Notes under the pieces: model-generated
Database searches by the model: none
Told to the model about the DNA's origin: nothing
Seen by the model: only the letters and a program-made list of their open reading frames with translations
Source of the DNA: Pseudomonadales bacterium
GTDB taxonomy: Bacteria; Pseudomonadota; Gammaproteobacteria; Pseudomonadales; Azotimanducaceae
Length of the DNA: 26,989 nucleotides
Assembly (NCBI GenBank): GCA_050486425.1
Contig: JBJHDG010000001.1
Coordinates: forward strand, 1-26,989
Direction: 5' to 3'
Translations under genes and position numbers: made by a program
In this document: positions 1 to 9,201 of the stretch, piece after piece
Layout of the letters: each line of letters opens with the position of its first letter
Numbering within the stretch: the first letter of the stretch is position 1

Positions 1-1
1 C

Positions 2-1084
2 CAGTTGAGCCTGGACGCCAACCAGGTGGATCCCAGCGCCTTCGACGAATTGCTGCACCTGGCGTTCCTGCTGCATGAGGACAGCAGTCGCAGCATGGAC
101 CAGAGTCTGGACGACTTGCACCGGGACGTGGTGCAACTGCGCTGGGCCATGTTGGTGCTGAGCCTACTGTTGGTGGGCGTAGTGATTCTGCTGGCGGCTG
201 GCTTCCGGCGTCTGGTGCGGCGCCCACTGGCGCAGATAGATCTCGGCATCCGCGCCCTGGGCCAGGCGGAATTCGAACGCCCCATTCAGGTGGAAGGGCC
301 CAAGGATCTGGCGGACCTGGGGCAGCTTTTGAACTGGCTGCGGGAACGCTTGCGGGATCTGGAAGCCCAAAAACTCACTTTCGTGCGGCACATGTCCCAT
401 GAGCTGAAGACACCACTGGCCAATGTGCGGGAGGGTTCGGAACTGTTACTGGAGGAATTGGCCACCAGCCCACAGCCGCAGTTACGGCAACTGGCAGATA
501 TAGTGCGTAACAACGGCCTGCGTCTGCATCGCCTGATCGACGATCTGTTCGACTTTGCCGCCTGGCATGACGATAAGTCCAACCTCTATCTGGAACAGGT
601 GGATCTGGGTCAGTTGCTGCGGGATATCTGCCGGGATCATCAACTGGATGTGCAGTCCCGCAGGCTGCAACTGGCGCTGAACCTGCCCGACAACTGCATA
701 CTGAATGCCGACCGGCGGCGCTTACATTCAGTGCTCGACAACCTGCTTTCCAATGCCCTGAAATACTCGCCGGAGGGTACCCGGGTGCACATTCAAGTCC
801 ATGCGGAAGATCCCTGCTGGGTGATTCTGGTGAGCGACGAAGGGCCGGGCATTCCCCTGGATGAGCGGGAACGGGTATTCTTACCCTTTTTTCAAGGGCA
901 ACCGCCCGTCCATGCTCGAGTCCGGGGCACAGGTATCGGCCTCTCCATCGTGCAAGCTGCCGTGGTCGCACATGGTGGCGAGATTCGCATTCTGGATAAG
1001 GAACCCGGCGCCCACTTTCTGGTCCGCTTGCCTATGAATCCTGCCAGTAACGGCCAATCCAGCCCCAGCCAGGACAAGTCCTGA
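2..1084 (+). CDS. glrK: Sensor histidine kinase, GlrK/QseE-like (5'-partial; frame is open from the window start)
   Basis: TM helix then HAMP-like segment. H-box FVRHMSHELKTPLANVREGSELL, N-box LDNLLSNALKYSP, G1 DEGPGI, G2 RGTGIGLSIV. Directly followed by a lipoprotein gene and a GlrR-type regulator. Confidence 0.85.
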   Translation, partial: QLSLDANQVDPSAFDELLHLAFLLHEDSSRSMDQSLDDLHRDVVQLRWAMLVLSLLLVGVVILLAAGFRRLVRRPLAQIDLGIRALGQAEFERPIQVEGPKDLADLGQLLNWLRERLRDLEAQKLTFVRHMSHELKTPLANVREGSELLLEELATSPQPQLRQLADIVRNNGLRLHRLIDDLFDFAAWHDDKSNLYLEQVDLGQLLRDICRDHQLDVQSRRLQLALNLPDNCILNADRRRLHSVLDNLLSNALKYSPEGTRVHIQVHAEDPCWVILVSDEGPGIPLDERERVFLPFFQGQPPVHARVRGTGIGLSIVQAAVVAHGGEIRILDKEPGAHFLVRLPMNPASNGQSSPSQDKS

Positions 1085-1085
1085 C

Positions 1086-1685
1086 ATGACCCAAACCAAT
1101 TTTTCATTGGGCCGCAGCGTCGGCCTGAGTTATAGCCTCCTTGGCCTGCTGGCACTGCTGTCCGCCTGTACCCTGCTACCGGATGCCACCAGCGTACTCA
1201 GTGTGCCTGCGGAACAGGAAGCGCTACCAACACCGGCAACCAGCCCGCAACCCGCATTGTCACCGCCGCCAGCGGAGCACCAACTGCAAGGCTATCTGCA
1301 GCTGCTGGATGCCTATCAACAAGCGGACAGCAGCGTGCGCGGCCATCTCCTGCAGCAGGTCAGTCATGCCTACACCCACAGCCCCACGGCCGCCAATCAG
1401 CTGCGCCTGGCACTGCTGCTGGCACAACCTGGGGAGGATGCCGAGGCTGCCGTTACCCATTTGCAAACATTGCTGCAGGCACCCAACGAAACTCTGCCCA
1501 CCGCCACCACTGCCCTGATGCGGTTGTACCTGGAACAGGTGCAGGCCAGGGTGCAGCTCAGCCAGCGGATCCGGCATCTGGAACATCAGATCCAGGAACT
1601 CACCCGCATCGAAACCTCCATGGAGGCCACCAACCAACAATTGCGCCGGCCGGAGCCGGCGCCGGAGATCAGACGCACCCCATGA
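1086..1685 (+). CDS. qseG: QseG/YfhG-like outer-membrane lipoprotein
   Basis: Lipobox LLSA-C (Cys codon 1167-1169), Pro-rich linker, helical body, C-terminal coiled coil (RIRHLEHQIQELTRIETSM). Sits between the kinase and the regulator as in qseEGF. Symbol rests mostly on synteny. Confidence 0.7.
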   Translation: MTQTNFSLGRSVGLSYSLLGLLALLSACTLLPDATSVLSVPAEQEALPTPATSPQPALSPPPAEHQLQGYLQLLDAYQQADSSVRGHLLQQVSHAYTHSPTAANQLRLALLLAQPGEDAEAAVTHLQTLLQAPNETLPTATTALMRLYLEQVQARVQLSQRIRHLEHQIQELTRIETSMEATNQQLRRPEPAPEIRRTP

Positions 1686-2998
1686 AAACTGGTGACATTC
1701 TGCTGGTGGACGATGACCTGGACCACCTGCACCTGCTACGACTGCGCCTGGAGCGGGAAGGCTATCGCATCCTTACCGCCACCCATGCCCGGGAGGCCCT
1801 GACCAAGGTCAGCACCACACGCCCGCGGCTGGTCATCACCGATCTGCGTATGGCGGATATGGATGGGCTGGCACTGCTGGACGCACTGCAGCGCCAATAT
1901 CCCACCTTGCCGGTGTTGATGATCAGTGCCCATGGCACCATCCCAGATGCAGTGGAAGCCATGCAACGGGGTGCATTCGGCTTTGTCACCAAGCCCATTG
2001 AGCGGGAAGATCTGCTGAATAAGGTGGAACGGGCGCTGGCCACTTATGCCGGTGATCATGCACCCCTGGACAGCACTGTGGTCACTTGCAGTGACCGCAT
2101 GCGCTCGGTGCTGGAGGAAGCCCGCTTGGCGGCAGCTTCGGAGCTCTCCGTACTGATCAAAGGGCCAACCGGCAGCGGCAAGGAACTCATAGCTCGCTAT
2201 ATCCACGACCAAAGTCCCAGAGCCAAGGGCCCCTGGGTCGCGGTGAACTGTGCCGCCATCCCACAAGAACTGCTGGAATCCGAACTCTTTGGCCATCACA
2301 AGGGCGCCTTTGCTGGCGCCGATGACGACCGTACCGGCCTGATTGCCGCCGCCCAGGGCGGCACCCTGTTTCTGGATGAAATCGGCGATCTGCCACTGGC
2401 GTTGCAAGCCAAGGTGCTGCAGGTACTGGAGGAACGACGAATCCGGGCCCAGGGCGCCCAAAGCAGCCAACCCGTGGACATCCGTTTGGTGGCAGCCACC
2501 CATTGCAATCTGGAACAGGCAATCGCCGACGGCGAATTCCGGGAAGACCTCTACTACCGTCTGAACGTGGTGCAACTGAAACTGCCAGCGTTGGTCGAGC
2601 GACGGGAGGACATCCCCCTGCTGGTGCACCACTTTCTGGAACAGATCGCAGCCAAATCCGGCAAGCGTCTGGTGTATGCACCGGAAGCCATGGAACTGCT
2701 GGTGCGGGCTCCCTGGCCCGGCAACGTGCGGCAATTGAAAAACCTGGTGGAACGCCATGCCACCCTATCCCGAACGCCAGTGATTCCAGCGCAGCAGGTG
2801 CAGGAAGCGCTGGCGGAAAAAGTGGCGGAGTTACCGTCCTACGATGAAGCCAGAGACAGCTTTACCCGGGAGTATTTGATTCAACTGCTGAAGATGACCG
2901 GTGGCAATGTGAGTCAGGCGGCGCGCCTGGCGCAACGCAACCGCACGGATTTCTACAAACTGCTGAACCGCCACGGCATCGAGAAGAGCCAGTTCTAA
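1682..2998 (+). CDS. glrR: Sigma54-family (NtrC-type) response regulator, GlrR/QseF-like
   Basis: Receiver (ILLVDDD, VITDLRMADMDG), Walker A GPTGSGKE, ESELFGH, Walker B LFLDEIGD, FREDLYYRLNV, WPGNVRQL, and the GlrR-type Fis HTH GGNVSQAARLAQRNRTDFYKLL. ATGA overlap with the upstream gene. Confidence 0.92.
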   Translation: MKTGDILLVDDDLDHLHLLRLRLEREGYRILTATHAREALTKVSTTRPRLVITDLRMADMDGLALLDALQRQYPTLPVLMISAHGTIPDAVEAMQRGAFGFVTKPIEREDLLNKVERALATYAGDHAPLDSTVVTCSDRMRSVLEEARLAAASELSVLIKGPTGSGKELIARYIHDQSPRAKGPWVAVNCAAIPQELLESELFGHHKGAFAGADDDRTGLIAAAQGGTLFLDEIGDLPLALQAKVLQVLEERRIRAQGAQSSQPVDIRLVAATHCNLEQAIADGEFREDLYYRLNVVQLKLPALVERREDIPLLVHHFLEQIAAKSGKRLVYAPEAMELLVRAPWPGNVRQLKNLVERHATLSRTPVIPAQQVQEALAEKVAELPSYDEARDSFTREYLIQLLKMTGGNVSQAARLAQRNRTDFYKLLNRHGIEKSQF

Positions 2999-3016
2999 CC
3001 CTGGAGTGATCTGTGC

Positions 3017-3039
3017 CACCGGCCCGTACTGGGCCGGTG
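3017..3039. terminator. GC-rich hairpin between convergent genes; possible bidirectional terminator
   Basis: CACCGGCCC-gtact-GGGCCGGTG is a perfect 9-bp stem with a 5-nt loop between the glrR and malic enzyme stops. The U-tract is weak. Confidence 0.5.
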
Positions 3040-3061
3040 TTGTCAGCGCGAGCACGCCGAC

Positions 3062-4774
3062 TCAAGACACCAAATAATGCGGATATTCCGGCCGCCACAT
3101 CAGGGCTTCCACTTCGCCCCGCAGGCGTTCCCGGTCAATCGGCTCACCGCGCTCTTCCAGAATACAAACCACCACCGCCAGGGCCACTTCCCGACAGATT
3201 TCCCGCAGCCGGGTCACCGCCGGAAACAATTGTCCAGCAGCCAGTTCATCCGCAGAGACATGATCTGCCAGTGCCATGGCGGCCGCAGTGACATGGGTGT
3301 CAGTGATTTCTTTCGGTTGTCCCAAGAGCGCGCCAAATCCCAATCCCGGAAACACAAAGACATTGTTGCCCTGACCGATCTGGTACTGGGTGCCCGCATA
3401 ATCCACCGCCGGAAACGGGCTGCCGGTAGCCACCAGCGCCATGCCGTTGCTCCAGCGGATCACATCTTCCGGGGCCGCCTCGGCGTAGTCGTTGGGATTG
3501 GAGAAAGGCAGAATCACCGGCCGCGGCGTGTTCTCGGCCATCTGCCGCACGATCACTTCCGTGAAGGTGCCAGGCTGCCCGGAGGTGCCGATAAGCACCG
3601 TGGGTTTGTATTGCCGCACCAGGGTTTCCAGGTCCCGAGCCGCCGGATCGCCCATGCCGAATTTCTCTGCCAGCGCCGGTGACCAGGCCAGCTCCTTTTT
3701 ATAGTCCTCACGAATGTCCTGATCGCTCACCAGCAAACCGCGGCTGTCCAGGGCGGCCACCGCCTCATCCAGTGCAGCACCTGTAATGCCAGCGTTGCGC
3801 AAACCATTACGCAGCTGCCGCACAATGCCCAAGCCAGCAGCACCGGCACCGTAAACCGCAATGCGGTGCTCGCCCAGGGACATGCCGGTAATCCGATTGG
3901 CACAAAGCACTGCCGCCAATGCCACCGCACCCGTGCCCTGAATATCATCGTTGAAGGAAGGCACCTGGGATCTATATCGGTTGAGAATTCGCGCTGCAGC
4001 ATCCTTGCGGAAATCTTCCCACTGGATCAATGCACCCGGGCAAACAGCGCTCACCGCAGCCACAAACTCATCCACAAAGGCGTCGTAATCAGCGCCCTTC
4101 AACCGCGGCTGGCGCCAGCCGGTATAGGCCGGGTCATCCAGCAGCTGCTGATTGTTGGTGCCCACATCCAGGCTCACCGGCAAGGTGGCGGAGGGTGGAA
4201 TACCGGCGCCCGCGGTGTACAGGGCTAACTTGCCGATGGCGATGGCCACACCACCCGCGCCCTGATCACCAATACCGAGGATGGATTCGTTGTCGGTGGC
4301 CACGATCAGGCGAATGTTGCGTTCACCCACCGCCATGCGCAGCACTTCCTCCATCTGCCCGCTGTGACCCGGGGTGAGCCAGATACCGCGTCGGGTTTGA
4401 TAGGCACGGCCGAAATTACGCGTGGCCCAAGCCACGGTGGGCGTATAGACGATGGGCATCAGATCGTTCAGGTGTTCGCCCAGCACCCGGTAGAACAAAT
4501 GCTCGTTCTGGCTCATGAGCTCCGACATATGCAGGAAGCGCTCTGCCGGGGAACCTTTGCCAGCAATCACCTGGTATTCACCACGGGCCTGATCCGCCAG
4601 GCTGCTCACCGCCGCCGGCAGCAAACCATGCAAGCCGAAGGTGGTGCGCTCTTCATCAGAAAAACCGATTCCCTTGTTCAGCAATGGATCGCGCAGCAGG
4701 TCATAACCGGTTTTGCTGATGGCAACAGGCTCGCCCTGGCGGCGCCAGGGGGCAAAGATTCCAGTCCTCGTCAT
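3062..4774 (-). CDS. maeA: Large-type NAD(P)-dependent malic enzyme (MaeA/SfcA family)
   Basis: PIVYTPTV (catalytic Tyr), GKL (catalytic Lys), QWEDF and FNDDIQGTG (metal ligands), GAGAAG, ILPFSNP, GQGNNVFVFPG. Start placed at ATG 4774 because AAGGAG lies just upstream; the ORF track's 4792 is a TTG. Confidence 0.93.
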   Translation of the reverse strand: MTRTGIFAPWRRQGEPVAISKTGYDLLRDPLLNKGIGFSDEERTTFGLHGLLPAAVSSLADQARGEYQVIAGKGSPAERFLHMSELMSQNEHLFYRVLGEHLNDLMPIVYTPTVAWATRNFGRAYQTRRGIWLTPGHSGQMEEVLRMAVGERNIRLIVATDNESILGIGDQGAGGVAIAIGKLALYTAGAGIPPSATLPVSLDVGTNNQQLLDDPAYTGWRQPRLKGADYDAFVDEFVAAVSAVCPGALIQWEDFRKDAAARILNRYRSQVPSFNDDIQGTGAVALAAVLCANRITGMSLGEHRIAVYGAGAAGLGIVRQLRNGLRNAGITGAALDEAVAALDSRGLLVSDQDIREDYKKELAWSPALAEKFGMGDPAARDLETLVRQYKPTVLIGTSGQPGTFTEVIVRQMAENTPRPVILPFSNPNDYAEAAPEDVIRWSNGMALVATGSPFPAVDYAGTQYQIGQGNNVFVFPGLGFGALLGQPKEITDTHVTAAAMALADHVSADELAAGQLFPAVTRLREICREVALAVVVCILEERGEPIDRERLRGEVEALMWRPEYPHYLVS

Positions 4775-5014
4775 TGACGGACGCTCCTTCAATCATGGGT
4801 ACAACAACCCGCCGGAAAACGCACCCGGCCAGAAAACGCAAAGGCGCCCGCGAGCGCCTGGCGTGCCGGCCCCCAGAGGCGGGCTGTAAAAACAAGCCGC
4901 GTATTAAACTACGAAACGCAGGCTGCGGATAGGCAGCCGGGCTGGCGCTGCCAGTGCTTGCCAGCGCGGCAGGCATATCGCAGGCTTGTGTCAGGACCTT
5001 AGCGGGAGCAGCGG

Positions 5015-7273
5015 ATGCACTGGCGTCAACGATTTCTCACCGGGCCCCTGTTCCGGCGGGTGGGGGCGGCCATGCCGGCCATTTCCGACACCGAATCCCA
5101 GGCGCTCAAGGCCGGTGATATCTGGTGGGACGGGGAAATTCTCTCCGGACGGCCGCAATGGCTGAAGCTGCTGGATCCCCCCCTGCCCGCCCTCACCCAG
5201 GAGGAACAGGCGTTTATCCAGGGCCCGCTGCAGCAATTGCTGGCCATGCTGGATGAATGGCGCATCATCTGCGACGCTGACCTGCCGGATGCCGTCTGGG
5301 ACTTTATCAAGACCCAGGGCTTTCTCGGCATGATCATCCCCAAGGCCTATGGGGGTCTGGGCTTTTCCCCCGCCGCCCACTCCGAGGTGGTGACCCGCCT
5401 GTCAGCCCGTTCCGTGACTGCGGCAGTCACCGTGATGGTGCCTAATTCCCTGGGACCCGGTGAACTGCTCATGGCCTTCGGTACCCAGGCGCAGAAGGAC
5501 TATTACCTGCCACGCCTGGCTGATGGCCGGGAAATTCCCTGCTTCGGGCTCACCAGCCCGGAGGCCGGCTCGGATGCTGCCGCCATGACCGACAGCGGTC
5601 TGGTGTGCAAGGGTGAATACGATGGGCAGGAAGTGCTGGGTATCCGCCTCAACTGGCACAAGCGTTATATCACCCTGGCCCCGGTGGCGACTCTGGTAGG
5701 CCTGGCCTTCAAACTCTTCGACCCAGACGCGCTGCTGGGTGATCAGCCGGAACTGGGCATCACGCTGGCGTTGATCCCCGCCGATACACCAGGGGTGCGT
5801 ATCGGTGCCCGGCACTATCCCGCCATGCAGGCATTTCAGAACGGCCCGATCTGGGGCGAGGATGTGTTTATCCCACTCAGTGCCGTCATCGGTGGGCCGG
5901 AACGCATCGGTCAGGGCTGGCAAATGCTGATGACAGCGCTGGCGGCCGGTCGTGGCATCTCCCTGCCCGCCATGGGCGCCGGTGCCTGTGCCATGGCGAC
6001 CCGGGTCACGGGCGCCTATGCCCGGATCCGCAGCCAGTTCGGTATTGCCGTGGGTCAGTTTGAAGGCGTCCAGGCACCACTGGCCGCGCTGGCTGGCCAC
6101 GCCTATGTGCTGCGCGCCGCCCGTAACACCACCAACCTGGCGCTGAATCAAGGCTATAAACCCGCCGTCGTCTCAGCCATCTTCAAATACCAGGCCACGG
6201 AGAAGATGCGGGCGGCTATCAACGCTGCCATGGATATTCATGGCGGCAAAGGCATTTGCGACGGACCGCTGAATTACCTGGGCAATGGGTATCGATCACT
6301 GCCTATTGGCATCACTGTGGAAGGTGCCAACATTCTCACTCGCTCGCTGATCATCTTTGGTCAGGGCGCTATCCGCTGCCATCCCTACCTGCTGGCGGAA
6401 ATGGAAGCCTTTGCTGACCCGGACCAGGCGCGCGGCCAGCACGCCTTTGACGGCCTGATCATGCAGCATGCCCGCCATGCGCTGCTGAACCTGGTGCGCA
6501 GTTTTTGGCATGGGCTCACCCAGGGCCTGTTCGCGCACGCACCCGCCGGCGCCGGCCAACTGGCAGGCTACTACCGCCAGCTCAGCAGATTCAGTGCGGC
6601 GCTGGCGCTGACCACCGAAATCGCACTGATCCACCTGGGCGGGGATTTGAAGCGGCGGGAGATGCTGTCTGCGCGTCTGGGTGATGTGCTGAGCGAGATT
6701 TATCTGGCCAGCGCGGTGCTGAAGCAGTTTCAAGCCGATGGCCAGCCCGAGGAAGATCTGCCGCTGGTGCATTACTGCCTGCAAACTGCACTGGCCAATA
6801 TCGACCAAAGCTTTTACGCCGTGGCGAAAAATTATCCGGCACGACCGCTGGGGTGGCTGCTGCGGCTGCTGGTGCAGCCCTGGGGACGACGCCATGCCGG
6901 CCCGGCTGATAGCTTGGTGCAAACCCTGGCCCTGTATCTGCAGCAGCCCGGCAGCGGCCGTGACCGTCTCACCCAAGCGGTCTATCTGGGTCAGGGCGAA
7001 GAGCCGATTGCGCTGCTGGAAGACGCATTCACGCAAGTGGTGGCCACCGAAGCCCTGCGCCAACAACTGCGCAAGGCCAATTGTGCGGATCCAGATGCTG
7101 CGGTTGCTGCAGGCGTCATCAGTCAGGATCAATGTGCCAGTCTGCAGGCCGCTGCCGCTGCGGTGGCCCGGGCCATTGCCGTGGATCATTTCCCGGCCGC
7201 TGAGCTGCAGCCCAATGGCCAACGCCAGGCAGCGGGACTGGCCGCGGCAGTGAACCACCCAGACAAGGGTTAG
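5015..7273 (+). CDS. fadE: Acyl-CoA dehydrogenase, FadE-like, lacking the N-terminal membrane anchor
   Basis: ISDTESQALKAGDIWWDGE, MVPNSLGPGELL, FGLTSPEAGSDA, WHKRYITLAPVAT, ITVEGANILTRSLIIFGQGAIRCHPY (catalytic Glu present), and a FadE C-terminal domain with LSARLGDVLS. Confidence 0.92.
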   Translation: MHWRQRFLTGPLFRRVGAAMPAISDTESQALKAGDIWWDGEILSGRPQWLKLLDPPLPALTQEEQAFIQGPLQQLLAMLDEWRIICDADLPDAVWDFIKTQGFLGMIIPKAYGGLGFSPAAHSEVVTRLSARSVTAAVTVMVPNSLGPGELLMAFGTQAQKDYYLPRLADGREIPCFGLTSPEAGSDAAAMTDSGLVCKGEYDGQEVLGIRLNWHKRYITLAPVATLVGLAFKLFDPDALLGDQPELGITLALIPADTPGVRIGARHYPAMQAFQNGPIWGEDVFIPLSAVIGGPERIGQGWQMLMTALAAGRGISLPAMGAGACAMATRVTGAYARIRSQFGIAVGQFEGVQAPLAALAGHAYVLRAARNTTNLALNQGYKPAVVSAIFKYQATEKMRAAINAAMDIHGGKGICDGPLNYLGNGYRSLPIGITVEGANILTRSLIIFGQGAIRCHPYLLAEMEAFADPDQARGQHAFDGLIMQHARHALLNLVRSFWHGLTQGLFAHAPAGAGQLAGYYRQLSRFSAALALTTEIALIHLGGDLKRREMLSARLGDVLSEIYLASAVLKQFQADGQPEEDLPLVHYCLQTALANIDQSFYAVAKNYPARPLGWLLRLLVQPWGRRHAGPADSLVQTLALYLQQPGSGRDRLTQAVYLGQGEEPIALLEDAFTQVVATEALRQQLRKANCADPDAAVAAGVISQDQCASLQAAAAAVARAIAVDHFPAAELQPNGQRQAAGLAAAVNHPDKG

Positions 7274-7275
7274 TT

Positions 7276-9201
7276 GTGCCGCAACAGTTTAATCATGCGC
7301 TGGCTTGTGCCGATGCCATCATTGCCCAGGTGGGGCCACGTATCGTGCTGGGCATTCCCCTGGGGCTGGGCAAACCCAATCAGCTGGTAAATGCCCTGGT
7401 GCAACGGGCTTGTGAAAATCCGGATTTGGATTTATTGATTTGCACCGCCCTGAGCCTGACACCGCCCACGCCAGGCAGCGCTATGGAGCGACGCTTTCTC
7501 GATCCCATAATAAAACGCTTGTGGGGCGACTATCCGCGGCTTGATTATCTGCGCTTGCAGCGCGAGAACCGGCTGCCGGCCAATATCCGTATCCGGGAAT
7601 TTTTTCTGCGCACCGGCGCCTACCTCGGCAATCCCAGCGCGCAGCAATCCTATGTCAGCGCCAATTACACCCATGCGGTACGGGATCTGGAAGCGCTCCA
7701 GGTGAATGTCATCGCACAATTGGTAGCGCCTGCTGCAGATCAGGGTACTTTCAGTTTGAGCTGCAATCCGGATATCAGCCTGGAGCTGCTGCCCGGTTTG
7801 CAGGCCAGGCGCGCCCGCGGTGACAAGCTGTTGCTGGTGGGTCAGGTTAACCAGGCCCTGCCCTATATGCCGGGCCCGGCAGCACTAAGCGTGGATGCCT
7901 TTGATATGCTGCTGGCCGATCCGGAACTGGAGTTTTCGTTGTTTCCGGTACCGGATGCGCCCCTGGCGCTGCGTGACCATGCCATCGGTTTGCATGCCGC
8001 CAGCCTGATCAAGGATGGCGGCACCTTGCAAATCGGTATCGGCTCGCTGGGTGATGCAGTCTGTCATGCCCTGGCCCTGCGCCAGCACGAGAACGCGTTG
8101 TTCCAGCGACTCTGTACCCAACTGCAATCCGGCGCCCCGCAACCAACATGCGCTGCCGAAACAGCGCCGTTTGCAGTCGGCCTGTACGGCGCCAGTGAAA
8201 TGCTGGTACCCGGCTTTCTGGCACTACGCCAACTGGACATACTTAAGCGCAGTGTCACCGACCCCACGGATGGCGCCGCCATCTATCTGCATGCGGGATT
8301 CTTCCTGGGCCCGGCGCGTTTTTATCAGCAGTTGCGGGATATGCCGGCCAGCGAACGCCAGGGTATTCGCATGTGCGGCATCAAGTTTGTCAACGCGATT
8401 TATGGCGATGAAGCACGCAAACGTGAACAACGCGTGCATGCCCGCTTTATCAACAACGCCATGATGGTAAGCCTGCTGGGTGCGGTGGTTTCTGATGGCC
8501 TGGATGATGGCCGCATCGTCAGCGGTGTCGGTGGACAGTACAACTTTGTGGCCATGGCCCATGAGCTGGCCGATGCCCGCTCTATTATCCTGGTGCCGGC
8601 CACACGCGAACATCAGGGCAAGCGCACCTCCAATATTCTCTGGCACTATGGCCACACAACCATCCCCAGGCATCTGCGCGACATGGTCGTGACCGAGTAC
8701 GGGGTAGCCGATTTGCGTGGCCGCACCGATCGGGATGTGATTGTGGCCATGCTGGCGATTACCGACACAGAATTTCAGGATCAGCTGCTGGCCCAAGCCA
8801 AAGCTGCCGGCAAGATTGAAGCCGACTACCAAATTCCGGCCTGGCAGCGCCGCAATACACCGGCTTGGTTACAACAGCAGCTGTTGCAGGATCATGCGCA
8901 GGCATTTCCCTATTTTCCTTTTGGCACCGATTTCAGCCCACTGGACGCCAGCTTGGCGGTGGCGCTAATTCAGCTAAAGCGCCAGCGCCACAGCAAGCTG
9001 GCATTGCTCAACCTGGCACTGACCGGTCGGCGTGTGCTGACAGACTGGCAAGAGGCCCTGGCGCGTATGGCTTTGCACCAGCCCAAGGGCTTACAGCAAC
9101 GCATGGAAGCCTGGCTGTTGGCCGGCGCCCTGGCACAGACGCAGCACCCTAAACGCCCGCTGCTGGGTCGCTGGCTGCCGCAGGACAACGCCTCATGCTG
9201 A
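7276..9201 (+). CDS. Long acetyl-CoA hydrolase / CoA-transferase family protein
   Basis: GIPLGLGKPN, YVSANYTH, LSCNPD, TLQIGIGSLGDA, LYGASEM, SGVGGQYNFV, TIPRHLRDMVVTEYGVADLRG. GTG start 2 bp after the fadE stop. Confidence 0.85.
   Translation: MPQQFNHALACADAIIAQVGPRIVLGIPLGLGKPNQLVNALVQRACENPDLDLLICTALSLTPPTPGSAMERRFLDPIIKRLWGDYPRLDYLRLQRENRLPANIRIREFFLRTGAYLGNPSAQQSYVSANYTHAVRDLEALQVNVIAQLVAPAADQGTFSLSCNPDISLELLPGLQARRARGDKLLLVGQVNQALPYMPGPAALSVDAFDMLLADPELEFSLFPVPDAPLALRDHAIGLHAASLIKDGGTLQIGIGSLGDAVCHALALRQHENALFQRLCTQLQSGAPQPTCAAETAPFAVGLYGASEMLVPGFLALRQLDILKRSVTDPTDGAAIYLHAGFFLGPARFYQQLRDMPASERQGIRMCGIKFVNAIYGDEARKREQRVHARFINNAMMVSLLGAVVSDGLDDGRIVSGVGGQYNFVAMAHELADARSIILVPATREHQGKRTSNILWHYGHTTIPRHLRDMVVTEYGVADLRGRTDRDVIVAMLAITDTEFQDQLLAQAKAAGKIEADYQIPAWQRRNTPAWLQQQLLQDHAQAFPYFPFGTDFSPLDASLAVALIQLKRQRHSKLALLNLALTGRRVLTDWQEALARMALHQPKGLQQRMEAWLLAGALAQTQHPKRPLLGRWLPQDNASC

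Noticed and set aside
1736-2758. 340-aa minus-strand ORF
   Set aside because: Antisense shadow of glrR with no recognisable motifs; long antisense ORFs are expected in GC-rich coding DNA.
4921-4938. Hairpin GGCTGC-ggatag-GCAGCC
   Set aside because: Only a 6-bp stem, no U-tract, and located between divergent starts; likely chance in GC-rich DNA.
6296-7258. 320-aa minus-strand ORF, and similar ones at 5402-6151 and 3077-3682
   Set aside because: Fully overlap well-supported fadE or maeA on the opposite strand with no independent protein signal.
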